Virus record (IMG/VR): IMGVR_UViG_3300047494_000229
Location: 1-64,000 of that record
DNA length: 64,000 bases
Origin: a virus
Strand: one strand, 5' to 3'
Position numbers and translations under genes: made by a program. This document shows, in pieces, positions 10,103 through 19,786 of the stretch. The first letter of the stretch is position 1, and every line of letters begins with the position of its first letter. Under the pieces are notes generated by a model that ran no database searches, was not told the DNA's origin, and saw nothing but the letters and a program-made list of their open reading frames with translations.

Positions 10103-11365
10103 TTAACACCGCCTAAATCTCAAATGCTTTGAAACGGGATTGGCAGACGCTATGCTATTTATCCCCGATGTCTCAATTACCGGGTAGTCATTCGATGTTA
10201 AGTTGGTCATCGCGTCACCTATCTGTCTTTTATTTCCACTTACATCATACAAAAATCCGCCTTGGGATTCAACTTTACGCCGCCAAAAAACATCAATTGA
10301 GCAGTAGCGCAGACATTTACGAATATATCTAGCTTCGTGCAATTCAGATATTTCCTCACCAAGCGATCGCCTATAGGTCAAAATCCAAGCAACACGCAAT
10401 AGGCGATCACGCTTCTCATCTTCAACAGCAGAATCAATTTGTTGGTAATTTAGTTCTGTCAGTGGTAGGTATTTTGCAAGTAATTCCCCAGCTTCTTTGG
10501 GGTAAGGGTTGGGAGCTTGGGGATACCAAGTACCAAATTCTGGATGCTTGGAGCGATCGCCACAGTTAATCCACAAATTTTGATGTTGTTTGTGATTGAG
10601 CTTTTTTAAAGATAATTCGCAAGTATTCCCGCAATCACAAAATAAACGCCAAGTTGGTTGATTGTATTTATCTTTTTTACCCGTGAGGGCGATCGCTTGC
10701 AAGTTTCCAAATCTTTGATTAGATATATCTACTGGGCGGCGTTTATTATCTATCAGACCCAATCGTTTTGCACACCCGCAAGATATCTGTCCTTTATCTT
10801 CAAAACTGTTTCTGGGGCGTTCAATAACTTTTCCGCAGTCACACTGTAATCGCCAAAGCTGAATAGAATAATTTCTTTTATCAGGTATAGATAGCCCCTT
10901 ACCCAAAACTACCAATCGCCCAAATCTCTGTCCAGTGCAATCAGGTTTTGCACGTTTTTGGTTATGCTCTATCCACGTTAGCCGTTTTTGGCAGCCGCAG
11001 GAAGGGTTGGGCTTGATTGCAAAATTACATCTAGGTCGTTCAATTACATTCCCGCAGTCGCATTGCAATTTCCAGAGTTGACGATCATCGGGCGATCTAC
11101 CAGCTTTCCCTAATACCGTCAAATACCCAAATCTTTGTCCTGTGCAATTAGGTTTTGCTCGATTTCTAGCATTCTCTTGTCTTCGACAACCGCACGAAAC
11201 ATTAGCTCTGTTGACAAAATTTCCCCTGGTTCTTTCGATTACGCTTCCGCACTTGCATTGCAGTTTCCAGAGTTGGCGGTTATCTGTAGGCGATCGCCCT
11301 CTCTTGCCTAGCACTGTTAAATATCCAAATCGCTCTCCTATGCAATCAGGTTTCGCCCTAGTCAT
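10103..11365 (-). CDS. protein with four tandem GxRFGxLxV...WxLxCxCG...SCGC repeats (homing-endonuclease-associated DNA-binding-type domain)
   Basis: Four repeats of about 68 aa visible in the translation; no HNH or GIY-YIG catalytic motif recognised. Confidence 0.7.
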   Translation of the reverse strand: MTRAKPDCIGERFGYLTVLGKRGRSPTDNRQLWKLQCKCGSVIERTRGNFVNRANVSCGCRRQENARNRAKPNCTGQRFGYLTVLGKAGRSPDDRQLWKLQCDCGNVIERPRCNFAIKPNPSCGCQKRLTWIEHNQKRAKPDCTGQRFGRLVVLGKGLSIPDKRNYSIQLWRLQCDCGKVIERPRNSFEDKGQISCGCAKRLGLIDNKRRPVDISNQRFGNLQAIALTGKKDKYNQPTWRLFCDCGNTCELSLKKLNHKQHQNLWINCGDRSKHPEFGTWYPQAPNPYPKEAGELLAKYLPLTELNYQQIDSAVEDEKRDRLLRVAWILTYRRSLGEEISELHEARYIRKCLRYCSIDVFWRRKVESQGGFLYDVSGNKRQIGDAMTNLTSNDYPVIETSGINSIASANPVSKHLRFRRC

Positions 11366-11690
11366 TTTCTACGAAATTTAGAACTTCAAAATCAAAATGC
11401 AATCCGCAAACTCTTACGCCGCCTGGGATAAAAGCCATAATTGCTAGCGCTTTGACTAACACAAACAAAGCTTTTTTGAAAGTCGCCTCATCCTTTGGAT
11501 AAAGCAGTAATACGTCAGCGCGACTCATCAGTCCCATTGGATAGTCGGGGTTATCATCGTCTTCGTGCTTTATCCACTTCCACTCTTCGGCGCTTACGCC
11601 GCCCCTTTGAGCAATGTGCTTGATAAATCTTGGGACATTGTAATGGAGGAGTGTTTTTATTTGCTCATACCATTTTTGATCGGAGTTCAT
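11358..11690 (-). CDS. hypothetical phage protein
   Basis: 110 aa with a LAIMAFIPGGVR motif; overlaps the next gene. Confidence 0.6.
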   Translation of the reverse strand: MNSDQKWYEQIKTLLHYNVPRFIKHIAQRGGVSAEEWKWIKHEDDDNPDYPMGLMSRADVLLLYPKDEATFKKALFVLVKALAIMAFIPGGVRVCGLHFDFEVLNFVEND

Positions 11691-11694
11691 AACA

Positions 11695-11738
11695 GTCCAT
11701 TTTGTAAACCTGTCAAGAGTAAGATTAACATAGTGGAC
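11695..11738. other. candidate attP site
   Basis: 44-bp imperfect inverted repeat (13 of the outer 17 pairs complementary) just upstream of the serine integrase. Confidence 0.5.
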
Positions 11739-11749
11739 ACAAACAAACT

Positions 11750-13114
11750 ATGAAAATCGGTTACGTCAGAGTTTCAACAAGAGAGCAGGATGAGGGCAAC
11801 GCCCTAGAGCAACAGACATCACGGGTCGAAAAGGCTGGTGCTGTTCTTATATTCTCAGATGTTGAGTCTGGGCGATCCGAAAAAAGGAAAGAATTCAATA
11901 AAATGCTTGCTTTATGTAAGCAAGGTAAAATAAATGAAATAATTGTTACGCGTATTGATCGGCTGGGACGTAGTGTAGTTGGAATCCACAAGGCGATCGC
12001 TACCTTTGAACAGCACAAAGTCAAGCTAACAATATTAGATGCCCCAGTCGATCCATCGTCACCGTTTGGCTGGTTTTCAATTAACCAAATGGCTGGACTA
12101 GCAGAATTTGAATCTAGGCTATTGTCCAACAGGATTAAGAATGGGCTAATTTATTTCCGGGAGCAAAAAAAAGCTTCATCACGTCCGCCTTTTGGATATT
12201 GTCGAGTAAATGAAAAATACGAGCCGGACATGAACTTGCACTTGGAAAAAAGCAAATGGGCAATCGCATCTGAATTTATTGAATATTTTTTAAGTGAAAG
12301 CACTACACTCAGAAGCACATCTCAATACATATTAAAAACTTTTGACATTTCATGGACGGCAGCAGGATTAAGATATTGGCTACTAAACCCAGTGTTGCAA
12401 GGACACACGGTTTATGGTGTTAAAAACAACCTAAGTAACCCGGAGAATTGGGATATTTATGAAAATACTCATGAACCTCTAATTGATAAAAATAAACTTA
12501 AATTAATACAGAAAAAACTTGAAGAAAATCGACACAAATATAGTTATGGCAATGGTAAAAAAGGGTCTGAATTATTACCTTTAGCTGGACAGATTATTTG
12601 TGGTGATTGCGGGTATAAGTGCTTTTGTAAAAAATCAAAGTATTTAACTTACAGAATTAGATGCAAAAAGCACGAAAATCTAGGAAAAGACTTTTGCAAG
12701 AACAGTAACAGCACTTATTTACCAGATGTCATCAAGGCAATAGATAGCGCCTTAATAGAGCGTTACAAGGAAATTCAAAAATATATAGCCGATAGTCTAG
12801 AGGCGAAGCAACAAGATAGCCTTGATGTGCTTGAAAGAACAGAACAATTAAAAATGCTTAAATCATTACCAAAAAATTCCATCATTCAAAATGCAATTGA
12901 TCAAACAATATTAGAAATACAAATCTTAAAGCAAGAAGAAATAACTGTAAAGCAAGTAAATAATGAGTTATTTGATATTCTTTCTTCTTCTTTTAGTAAT
13001 ATTTGCTACTGGAGTGAAATTGACTGGAAAGACAAGCGGTCGATTTATAAGGAGTTAGTCGCTTACGTAAAAGTCTTAAATGGAGAAATACTAGAAATCA
13101 AGCTACGGGTTTGA
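11750..13114 (+). CDS. large serine integrase (XisF-like)
   Basis: GYVRVST catalytic Ser, ESGR, TRIDRLGR, PPFGY recombinase domain, CGDCG...C...C zinc ribbon, coiled coil. Confidence 0.95.
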   Translation: MKIGYVRVSTREQDEGNALEQQTSRVEKAGAVLIFSDVESGRSEKRKEFNKMLALCKQGKINEIIVTRIDRLGRSVVGIHKAIATFEQHKVKLTILDAPVDPSSPFGWFSINQMAGLAEFESRLLSNRIKNGLIYFREQKKASSRPPFGYCRVNEKYEPDMNLHLEKSKWAIASEFIEYFLSESTTLRSTSQYILKTFDISWTAAGLRYWLLNPVLQGHTVYGVKNNLSNPENWDIYENTHEPLIDKNKLKLIQKKLEENRHKYSYGNGKKGSELLPLAGQIICGDCGYKCFCKKSKYLTYRIRCKKHENLGKDFCKNSNSTYLPDVIKAIDSALIERYKEIQKYIADSLEAKQQDSLDVLERTEQLKMLKSLPKNSIIQNAIDQTILEIQILKQEEITVKQVNNELFDILSSSFSNICYWSEIDWKDKRSIYKELVAYVKVLNGEILEIKLRV

Positions 13115-13259
13115 CAGATTTTACAAGCTTTTGAAATTCAAGCCTGAACTCTTTTTCTGGCATACGCATAAGCCATTTTCTCGTGTTTGAGTCTAAGTGA
13201 CTAATCTCGTGCCACCTTTGGGCAGTACGAAGTAATACTTCTGATGCTGTTTCTGTCAT
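13098..13259 (-). CDS. 53 aa ORF, candidate recombination directionality factor
   Basis: Manually translated MTETASEVLLRTAQRWHEISHLDSNTRKWLMRMPEKEFRLEFQKLVKSVKPVA; convergent with and overlapping the integrase 3' end. Confidence 0.4.
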   Translation of the reverse strand: MTETASEVLLRTAQRWHEISHLDSNTRKWLMRMPEKEFRLEFQKLVKSVKPVA

Positions 13260-13385
13260 TTTAGGCTAATGGGTTATCAACGTCATTTAAATCGAAAATT
13301 CAAATATTTTCTGCTTGAAATAAACTTTTACCTCAAGCAATTCTTACTACTAATTAGATAAAATAATCCAAAGGATTTTTAGGTA

Positions 13386-13859
13386 TCACAAACTTAAAAG
13401 CCTTTGCCATTTGGCATCGGTATCATGACCATCCCATTTACCCTCGTAAGTTGATAAAAACGCGAACAAGGGCAATTCACTATCATGGATGTGGAAACTG
13501 ATTTGACCTGTGAGTAAGTCTACAAAAACGATATTTCTCCAATCGTCGTCCCAGTTTTCACCCTTGTGCTGACCAATTCCAGCCGTAAAACCAGAGGCGA
13601 TCGCCATTCGACAAAATGCCGCCAGCATTTGATTGCGTTCTGAGTAGGCAAGATTTTTACTTTCAATCGCACTCTTGGCTTTGAATGCATCCAAGGTATT
13701 CAAATTGCTGGTAATACCGATCGCCCCTTGCGACATCCTTAATCGGTAAGAGGCGATCGCTTCTACATCTTCACTTGCTTGAATATAAACGGCATCACCT
13801 TGACACCAATAACCACCGTTGCCATGCATCACCTGAATTTGCTCTACAGTAAAATTCAT
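13386..13859 (-). CDS. hypothetical phage protein
   Basis: GQISFHIH...Y.GKWDGH motif; GGAGG RBS. Confidence 0.65.
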   Translation of the reverse strand: MNFTVEQIQVMHGNGGYWCQGDAVYIQASEDVEAIASYRLRMSQGAIGITSNLNTLDAFKAKSAIESKNLAYSERNQMLAAFCRMAIASGFTAGIGQHKGENWDDDWRNIVFVDLLTGQISFHIHDSELPLFAFLSTYEGKWDGHDTDAKWQRLLSL

Positions 13860-13896
13860 CTAAACCTCCACAAGATTTCTAGTAAAACTGAGTAAT

Positions 13897-14541
13897 TTAT
13901 GCTGGCAACAATTTCATTGCGTCTGCTTTCATTTGTTCCAGAGAGGCGATCGCCTTTTCTCCCTCAATAGCAGCCGCCTCATAAAGTATCGGGTAGCCAC
14001 TATCTATAGATTTCAACACTTCCTCACGCGTTGCTTCTCTCCCTTCCCTAAACCACTTGATTTGTAGCGGATCTCCCAATTTAAATATCAGCCCGTTCTC
14101 AACTTTCCAAATGTCGTATTTATTTGTAACCCAGAGACAAATTGCGCCAGGTTGACGGGCGATCACTATTCCTCCCGGCTCTTTTATCCCATCGGGGAGG
14201 TTAGTTTCACGCCTATACTCTTGCCTTTGAGCTAAAAAAGGACAGGCTTTGATTGACCACTCGGCGCACTCTGTATGTGACGGTGGCTCGGAAATGGTGC
14301 GATTTATACAGCACATAGGGCCAATTGGGAAAGCTAAGTAAGCACCCAGCCGTTGCCCACAAATCCAACATGATTTTCGTCTAATAGCCGATTCAAGTTT
14401 TCCTGGGCCAATTAATCGAAAATCATAAACTCCTTCACTAACCTCAGCTACGAACCAAGGGACTGGAAAACCGTTTTGGATTGGGAGCGATCGCAACCTT
14501 TGGGGAACTGGTTGTGGTAAGTCGTTTCTGTATTTATTCAT
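13897..14541 (-). CDS. conserved Cys/His-motif phage protein
   Basis: PVPWFV, CWICG, HTECAEW..CPFL. Confidence 0.65.
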   Translation of the reverse strand: MNKYRNDLPQPVPQRLRSLPIQNGFPVPWFVAEVSEGVYDFRLIGPGKLESAIRRKSCWICGQRLGAYLAFPIGPMCCINRTISEPPSHTECAEWSIKACPFLAQRQEYRRETNLPDGIKEPGGIVIARQPGAICLWVTNKYDIWKVENGLIFKLGDPLQIKWFREGREATREEVLKSIDSGYPILYEAAAIEGEKAIASLEQMKADAMKLLPA

Positions 14542-14542
14542 G

Positions 14543-14785
14543 CTACTTTAATTCTCCAATTAACTCTTTTAAAGCATCCCGATCAATTAAGGCTATTAAT
14601 CCCCTAGTTGCTGAATGCGGCGGATTAGTAAAAAACTCTTTTAAATCTTGACGGTCAATTAAATAACCACGTTGCTTTTTTGGGGTAGCCTTTAACCATT
14701 TGCAACCGATCCATCGGTTAATTGTGCCGCGCTTAATACCTGAAGCCTTTGATAGCTCCTTAATTGTATAATCTCTTTGCTTCAT
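14543..14785 (-). CDS. HTH_17 / excisionase-like protein
   Basis: YTIKELSKASGIKRGTINRWI..KWLKA...GYLIDRQDL. Confidence 0.75.
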   Translation of the reverse strand: MKQRDYTIKELSKASGIKRGTINRWIGCKWLKATPKKQRGYLIDRQDLKEFFTNPPHSATRGLIALIDRDALKELIGELK

Positions 14786-15203
14786 AAGCTTCCTCTAATC
14801 TTTGCCATTTATTGATATCAATTCCATACACTTTTTTAAATTGTTTTGCTACTTTTTGTTGCCACTCTTCAAAAACGCTCGGTTCGGGGGCGGTTAACTT
14901 CCTTGCTGGCTCATCTTCAAATTGATTCACCTCTAATCTGATAATTAGTTCGCCAAATTGAGCGGTGAATATAAATACTTGATTGATGTCTTTTTGAATA
15001 AACTCCGGGTCGTGTAATTTATTCCAGAGTTGAGCGATCGCCCATTGCCGTTCCATATTGCTATTTTTAAGTCTGGGTACTTCCAGTATCATGGTTTCGA
15101 TTAGTTCTTCTTGTTCTCCTGTGTCATCGCTTGGGGGGCGATGTTTTAATTCGCAGTAGAACGATCGCATGGGGACGTTGATTTGTTTAAACATCGTTTT
15201 CAT
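14760..15203 (-). CDS. hypothetical protein
   Basis: Overlapping member of the minus-strand operon. Confidence 0.55.
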   Translation of the reverse strand: MKTMFKQINVPMRSFYCELKHRPPSDDTGEQEELIETMILEVPRLKNSNMERQWAIAQLWNKLHDPEFIQKDINQVFIFTAQFGELIIRLEVNQFEDEPARKLTAPEPSVFEEWQQKVAKQFKKVYGIDINKWQRLEEAYEAKRLYN

Positions 15204-15489
15204 TGATTAACTTTTCAGCTTCAATCATTGGCCAATCTGGATTCTCACCTGGGCATTTTGTACGATCGCAGGCGTATCCGAAAGCAGTTATCCATCCACT
15301 ACCGACTGGACCACTAAGATTGACTAACCAATGTGGACGCACTTTGACTCCACAACCACCACAACGAGTCCCGCCCCATGTTTCCATTGACCAAAGCATG
15401 TTGCTTTGGATCTTCTTAAGGGCGATCACATCTAGCAAATTTTTCCTTTGCTGTCTCTCGCGGCGGCGTTTTCTAATTGAGATGTTCAT
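15187..15489 (-). CDS. small zinc-finger protein
   Basis: MNISIRKRRR...CGGCG...CDRTKC; likely internal start of the 15187..15654 ORF. Confidence 0.45.
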   Translation of the reverse strand: MNISIRKRRRERQQRKNLLDVIALKKIQSNMLWSMETWGGTRCGGCGVKVRPHWLVNLSGPVGSGWITAFGYACDRTKCPGENPDWPMIEAEKLINENDV

Positions 15490-16048
15490 GCAATGCCCCT
15501 TTGCTTTCATTAGGAAAGAAATAGGCGATCGCCGCGGCTTTGTCAGCCAAACAATAACTAACAAAATCTGGGCGATCGCTATACCAATGAGCCTCATAGT
15601 AAGAGCCAGGAAATTTGAAAGAAGCATAAGCTCTATCAGTCCCGACCATGACAAACAATTTAGTAATATCGGGGTAATTTGTAGTTAAAAACTTTGCCCA
15701 TTTCTCCTTTTCTCGCCTATTTCGTTCCCTCTCCTGTGACGCACTATCACGGCAATCTTGGCAGCAAAATATCCAATTATTTTCAAAAACTGGCTCAATA
15801 GCCTCATCTTCTTCATAATCCCAGCAATCCGAATCAATTTTTTTGTAGCAGTTTTGGCATTCAAACCACCAGCCATCATTTAAAAGCACTTGTTTGGGCA
15901 CATATCCAATGCTGGAGTATTGGTCATACTGCGATCGCCTCTCTACTGTTTCCCACTCTTCGCTTAATCCGTAAGCACTAGAAAGAAACAGTATTTGTCC
16001 TTCGCCTTCGTTGTCTACGTAATACGCTTTTACAGAGAGATTATTCAC
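15473..16048 (-). CDS. hypothetical Zn-binding phage protein
   Basis: GWWFECQNC...FCCQDC. Confidence 0.6.
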   Translation of the reverse strand: MNNLSVKAYYVDNEGEGQILFLSSAYGLSEEWETVERRSQYDQYSSIGYVPKQVLLNDGWWFECQNCYKKIDSDCWDYEEDEAIEPVFENNWIFCCQDCRDSASQERERNRREKEKWAKFLTTNYPDITKLFVMVGTDRAYASFKFPGSYYEAHWYSDRPDFVSYCLADKAAAIAYFFPNESKGALHEHLN

Positions 16049-16113
16049 GCGATCACCTCAAAATAAAGTTAATTGAATCAAGCTAGCCCAAGGTTGCCAG
16101 AGGGTAATCATTT

Positions 16114-16665
16114 TCATGATTTTTTAGGAATAGACATTTTATTTTTCAGTTCTTCCATTCGACGTTTAAGTGATTCTGGAGGTGGAGAAATAACAAATTC
16201 TTCTTTAGCCTCCGCTTTTTCAGATGTTGCTGGCGGCAAACTGCGGGCGTCATTGTCAGAGCATTGGCAGTAAACCGCTATAAAATTTTTCTCTAATTTT
16301 TCTCGTGGTCTTTCTTCGGACAACGCGATCACTCGTAGCCCACCAACCGCTTGTAACGCTACTTTACCTCTGGTTGATAAATAGGCGATCGCTTCTTCTC
16401 TGCCTGCGGCCGCAGTAACTACAGATTGCCACTCTCTGATTGCCTGAGCTTCTTTGTTCCCCTTGATTTTTTCTACAAACTCGCCGGCTGTCGGGAAAAA
16501 CCGCGAGTGCAAGATAACCTCTTTAACTGCTTGCTCAAACTCGTCTGTCGTTAACTCTGCATTTAGATATTCAGCCCAAACGCTCATTACTTCTGGCAAT
16601 AAGTCTTTTTGAAAATGCTTGGCTATCAGCAAAAGCTTAGTAGTCAAAACTTTTTGGTCAATCAT
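16114..16665 (-). CDS. replication accessory protein (helicase loader/inhibitor-like)
   Basis: W...L...EFEQAV...SRFFPTAGEF, W..V and AVGGL motifs; follows the initiator gene. Confidence 0.65.
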   Translation of the reverse strand: MIDQKVLTTKLLLIAKHFQKDLLPEVMSVWAEYLNAELTTDEFEQAVKEVILHSRFFPTAGEFVEKIKGNKEAQAIREWQSVVTAAAGREEAIAYLSTRGKVALQAVGGLRVIALSEERPREKLEKNFIAVYCQCSDNDARSLPPATSEKAEAKEEFVISPPPESLKRRMEELKNKMSIPKKS

Positions 16666-17828
16666 ATTCGGCCCAGTCCTTTCAGGATTGCAATGTGGTT
16701 CGGGTCTGTGATGCGATCGCCCGTGTCAGGGTCTATTACTCCGATCTCTCCGGTGTTCGTGTTGTAATTAGCGTCAGGATTAATTGCTCTGTAACTATCA
16801 GACAATTGTTGAATCCTGCCAGAAACAAGCAACCCATCTATGCAACGACTTGAATAAGTCTCACGCCACCAGCGATCGTGCTGGACAAAACACAAGGCTT
16901 CTTGCATTGTTTGGGCAGTGCGATCGCCTAACTCCTGATAAAGCCGTTTAAAGGCACGAAACCTTTTATCATTGAGGCTTTTGCACTCTGCCCAAGTAGT
17001 GGGCTTTACTTGGTTGTATATAGCCCGCAATGGCTCAAAAAATTCTACATCTTGTTTTGGTTTTTTCGCGGACGGCGGAACATTAGCCACCGAAACAATA
17101 ATTTTGGTTAAAGCGATTGGTTCTATTTTGCTAGGTGGCAAAGCGAGAGTACCTGCATTCTCCTCTCCCCCCTCCGAAATTTTTAATTCTGAAATTGGTT
17201 CGTTTCCCCCGTTGGGGGTAAGGGGGTATTCTTCTTTGTTTGTATTCTTTGTGTTTTCTTTGTATATGAATGTAGATTCCCTTTGGTCAGTTACGTAACT
17301 GCCCTTTGGTAAGTTACAGGTTTCCCGATGGTCATTTACTGTAACTGACTTTTGGGCAGTTACGGGAGAATCCAGACTAGATGGGCGCTTGCCTTGTCTT
17401 GGTGGTGACAGCTTGATTAGTTCTTCAATCAACGCGTCTACTTTCTCATGGTTGCGGAAGTACCATGTCAAACCTTTTTGCTTGTCGTGATAACTACAAT
17501 AGAATTTTTCTTCCCCACTTTCATCAATGAATGGGTTCGTAGACTGCATATAAGCTGTTTTGGAGCTATGACGAACGCCTATATGGCCAAATGCACAGCG
17601 AAATTCTTTTTCACTAAAGCCTAGTTCTTCAGTCCAGCTGTCACCCTCCCTATAATCTGGATGTTCTGGAACTGGTGAAAGGAATTTGTACAACCCATCG
17701 GGATATTTAGTAAAACGAAAATCAAGCTGCTGTATCAAAATGGTTGCAGTGACACTACCTGTGTATTGTCTTAAACTCTTTTTGTAGGGTATGCCTTCTT
17801 TGAAGTCAGCAAGATAGTTGTATTTCAT
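16662..17828 (-). CDS. phage replication initiator (lambda O-like organisation)
   Basis: N-terminal wHTH-like region, repeat linker and KENTKNTNKEEYPLTP segment; contains DNA iterons. Confidence 0.75.
   Translation of the reverse strand: MKYNYLADFKEGIPYKKSLRQYTGSVTATILIQQLDFRFTKYPDGLYKFLSPVPEHPDYREGDSWTEELGFSEKEFRCAFGHIGVRHSSKTAYMQSTNPFIDESGEEKFYCSYHDKQKGLTWYFRNHEKVDALIEELIKLSPPRQGKRPSSLDSPVTAQKSVTVNDHRETCNLPKGSYVTDQRESTFIYKENTKNTNKEEYPLTPNGGNEPISELKISEGGEENAGTLALPPSKIEPIALTKIIVSVANVPPSAKKPKQDVEFFEPLRAIYNQVKPTTWAECKSLNDKRFRAFKRLYQELGDRTAQTMQEALCFVQHDRWWRETYSSRCIDGLLVSGRIQQLSDSYRAINPDANYNTNTGEIGVIDPDTGDRITDPNHIAILKGLGRI
17229..17363. promoter_or_regulatory. candidate replication origin: four iterons plus AT-rich tract
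   Basis: TTTGGTCAGTTAC-like units at 17282, 17305, 17327 and 17351 beside the T-rich tract at 17229-17270. Confidence 0.65.
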
Positions 17829-18592
17829 GCTTCACTCCTAGTAGGCAAAAAAGCCACAATACCAACCCTGTTTTTGTAAGCCGTGGTATATCCATGAAAC
17901 GTTTTGATTGATGCCGATATTGCCGTTTTTATAAGTACAGTATCTTCAATGCCTGCATCAAGCATTTCAAAAACTACACCTATCAGACTCAAAAGATAGT
18001 TACTGGCATTGCATATATCATCAACGCTATTACAAGCTGAAAAAATCTCATAGACCCATTTTATGGGAATTGTATCTAATGGCATCCCTGTTGTTTGGAG
18101 TATATCTTCGGCAAATTCTATAGTGCCTCCTGCCGCGCAACCTTTATGTCCATTCAATTCAATAGACGATTTAAATGTGAACCATTCACCGTAGACACGA
18201 TCCGACTTGAAGTATATATGTAGTTTTTTTTCATCTGTGATCGCATCCGGTGTCCAGAAGCATTCAACAATCTGTAGCGGGTATGGTGATTGCTTCTTAA
18301 GAGTTTCCAGCCTTACTGGCGGGTTTACACTACGCCCAATCTTGTATCTATCCGTTCCTACAGCGTGAATCAAGTAAACATATCCTTGATTAGCACGATA
18401 GCGCCGAAGGACATCTTCGGTTAAAATCATGTGTATCGCTCCTGTCTGTGTTAAGAACTTCAGGTGTGTAACTCCCTCACGGTCGTCAGAAAACTGTGGG
18501 GGAATTTTTATGTCTATACCATTATCACATTTAAACTTAGAAAAAGCCAGTTTATTTATGTTATCATTAATCATGTATGTACCTGATTTCAC
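17825..18592 (-). CDS. T5orf172/MUG113 GIY-YIG-like protein
   Basis: GYVYLI...YKIGRS.NP..RL..L...E..LH..F...RV.GEWF. Confidence 0.85.
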   Translation of the reverse strand: MKSGTYMINDNINKLAFSKFKCDNGIDIKIPPQFSDDREGVTHLKFLTQTGAIHMILTEDVLRRYRANQGYVYLIHAVGTDRYKIGRSVNPPVRLETLKKQSPYPLQIVECFWTPDAITDEKKLHIYFKSDRVYGEWFTFKSSIELNGHKGCAAGGTIEFAEDILQTTGMPLDTIPIKWVYEIFSACNSVDDICNASNYLLSLIGVVFEMLDAGIEDTVLIKTAISASIKTFHGYTTAYKNRVGIVAFLPTRSEA

Positions 18593-18672
18593 GAATTAAT
18601 CTGTTGATTTTGTAACCGCATTTAATAACGACAAATGCGGTTATTTTGTGCTTTTTTAAAACTGCTGGCATA

Positions 18673-19290
18673 TTAACCTCCTAAATAAGTAATCGCGCTA
18701 CCAAGACCCGGACGGACATCAAAGACCGCATCATAAATTTGCCGCTTTGTCTGCGGTATCCCACTGGCATCTAAATAAGCCACACGCCCCATAATTCGAT
18801 ACTCGTGATGAATATGAGCATCTAGATTTTTCCACATAGTCCCTCGCTCAACTGAGCAGTTCCAATCAATCGGAAGTAGGAACAAAATTCGAGATTCCGG
18901 ATTGCTGGGATTTAGTAGAGTAAGCGATCGCCTAACGAATTCCACGCACAAACTAAACGGCGGGTTCCCAATAATTAAATCGAAATTACCAAGAATCTGA
19001 TCGTGAAGAAAATCAGCGTGTAACCAGTAGTGATGAGGGCGTAGTAGGGAGCAGCCATAAGTGTAGCGATCGCGGTTAAGTTCAACGCAAAATACTTCCC
19101 TATCTTCTTGCTCTGGAAGATATTTTACGATTTGACCCTTTCCCGCGCTGGGTTCTAGGATACGGCGATCGACTGGTCTGACTAATTTCGCCATCAATGA
19201 GGCAATCTCATTCGGTGTTTGCCAATCATCCGAACACCATTCGATTTGTGTTTCGGGAAATAAACTTAACTGCTGCATCTTGTTCCCCAA
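18673..19290 (-). CDS. amino (N6-adenine/N4-cytosine) DNA methyltransferase
   Basis: DDWQTP, ILEPSAGKG (motif I), IIGNPPF (motif IV). Confidence 0.85.
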   Translation of the reverse strand: MGNKMQQLSLFPETQIEWCSDDWQTPNEIASLMAKLVRPVDRRILEPSAGKGQIVKYLPEQEDREVFCVELNRDRYTYGCSLLRPHHYWLHADFLHDQILGNFDLIIGNPPFSLCVEFVRRSLTLLNPSNPESRILFLLPIDWNCSVERGTMWKNLDAHIHHEYRIMGRVAYLDASGIPQTKRQIYDAVFDVRPGLGSAITYLGG

Positions 19291-19517
19291 GGAAGGATTG
19301 ATTTTGAAGTTTGTAGACGTACAACTCGATAAAATAATGTCGCACTGGGCGGCGTATCTTTGAAATAATGCTCAATCTTGTTTTCTTTTTCAAGAGAAGC
19401 GATCGCCTCCCATAATTCTGGATATCGCTTAATTTGCAGGGCATCTTTCAATTCGCCCGCGTTGCGATCACTCTTACTTAACTCTCTGATGATTCCATCC
19501 CTAATCGATTCTTGCAT
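19266..19517 (-). CDS. small winged-HTH-like protein
   Basis: IIRELS...AGELKDAL....ELWEAIASLEKENKI. Confidence 0.5.
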   Translation of the reverse strand: MQESIRDGIIRELSKSDRNAGELKDALQIKRYPELWEAIASLEKENKIEHYFKDTPPSATLFYRVVRLQTSKSILPWGTRCSS

Positions 19518-19786
19518 TGCTCGTATATGTCAGGGTAAGTTAACTTTTCTTGCCTCAAATCTGAATCAACTTCTAGCCAACCGATAATAAATTCGGCTCG
19601 GACAAATTCAGAGAATAATTTTTCTTGCATTGCGATATGTCCAGCTTTTAAAAGGATTGCTCTGTCGGAATCACAATTTGATAAAGCTGTTTGATGTAAT
19701 GAGTGAAATAATGTGTATGCTTCATCTCTCTGGCTTTGATATCGCCAAAAAGCAAGCATTCTTAGATACTCGTATTCTGAATTCAC
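19478..19786 (-). CDS. hypothetical protein
   Basis: Overlapping operon member. Confidence 0.5.
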   Translation of the reverse strand: MNSEYEYLRMLAFWRYQSQRDEAYTLFHSLHQTALSNCDSDRAILLKAGHIAMQEKLFSEFVRAEFIIGWLEVDSDLRQEKLTYPDIYEQCKNRLGMESSES

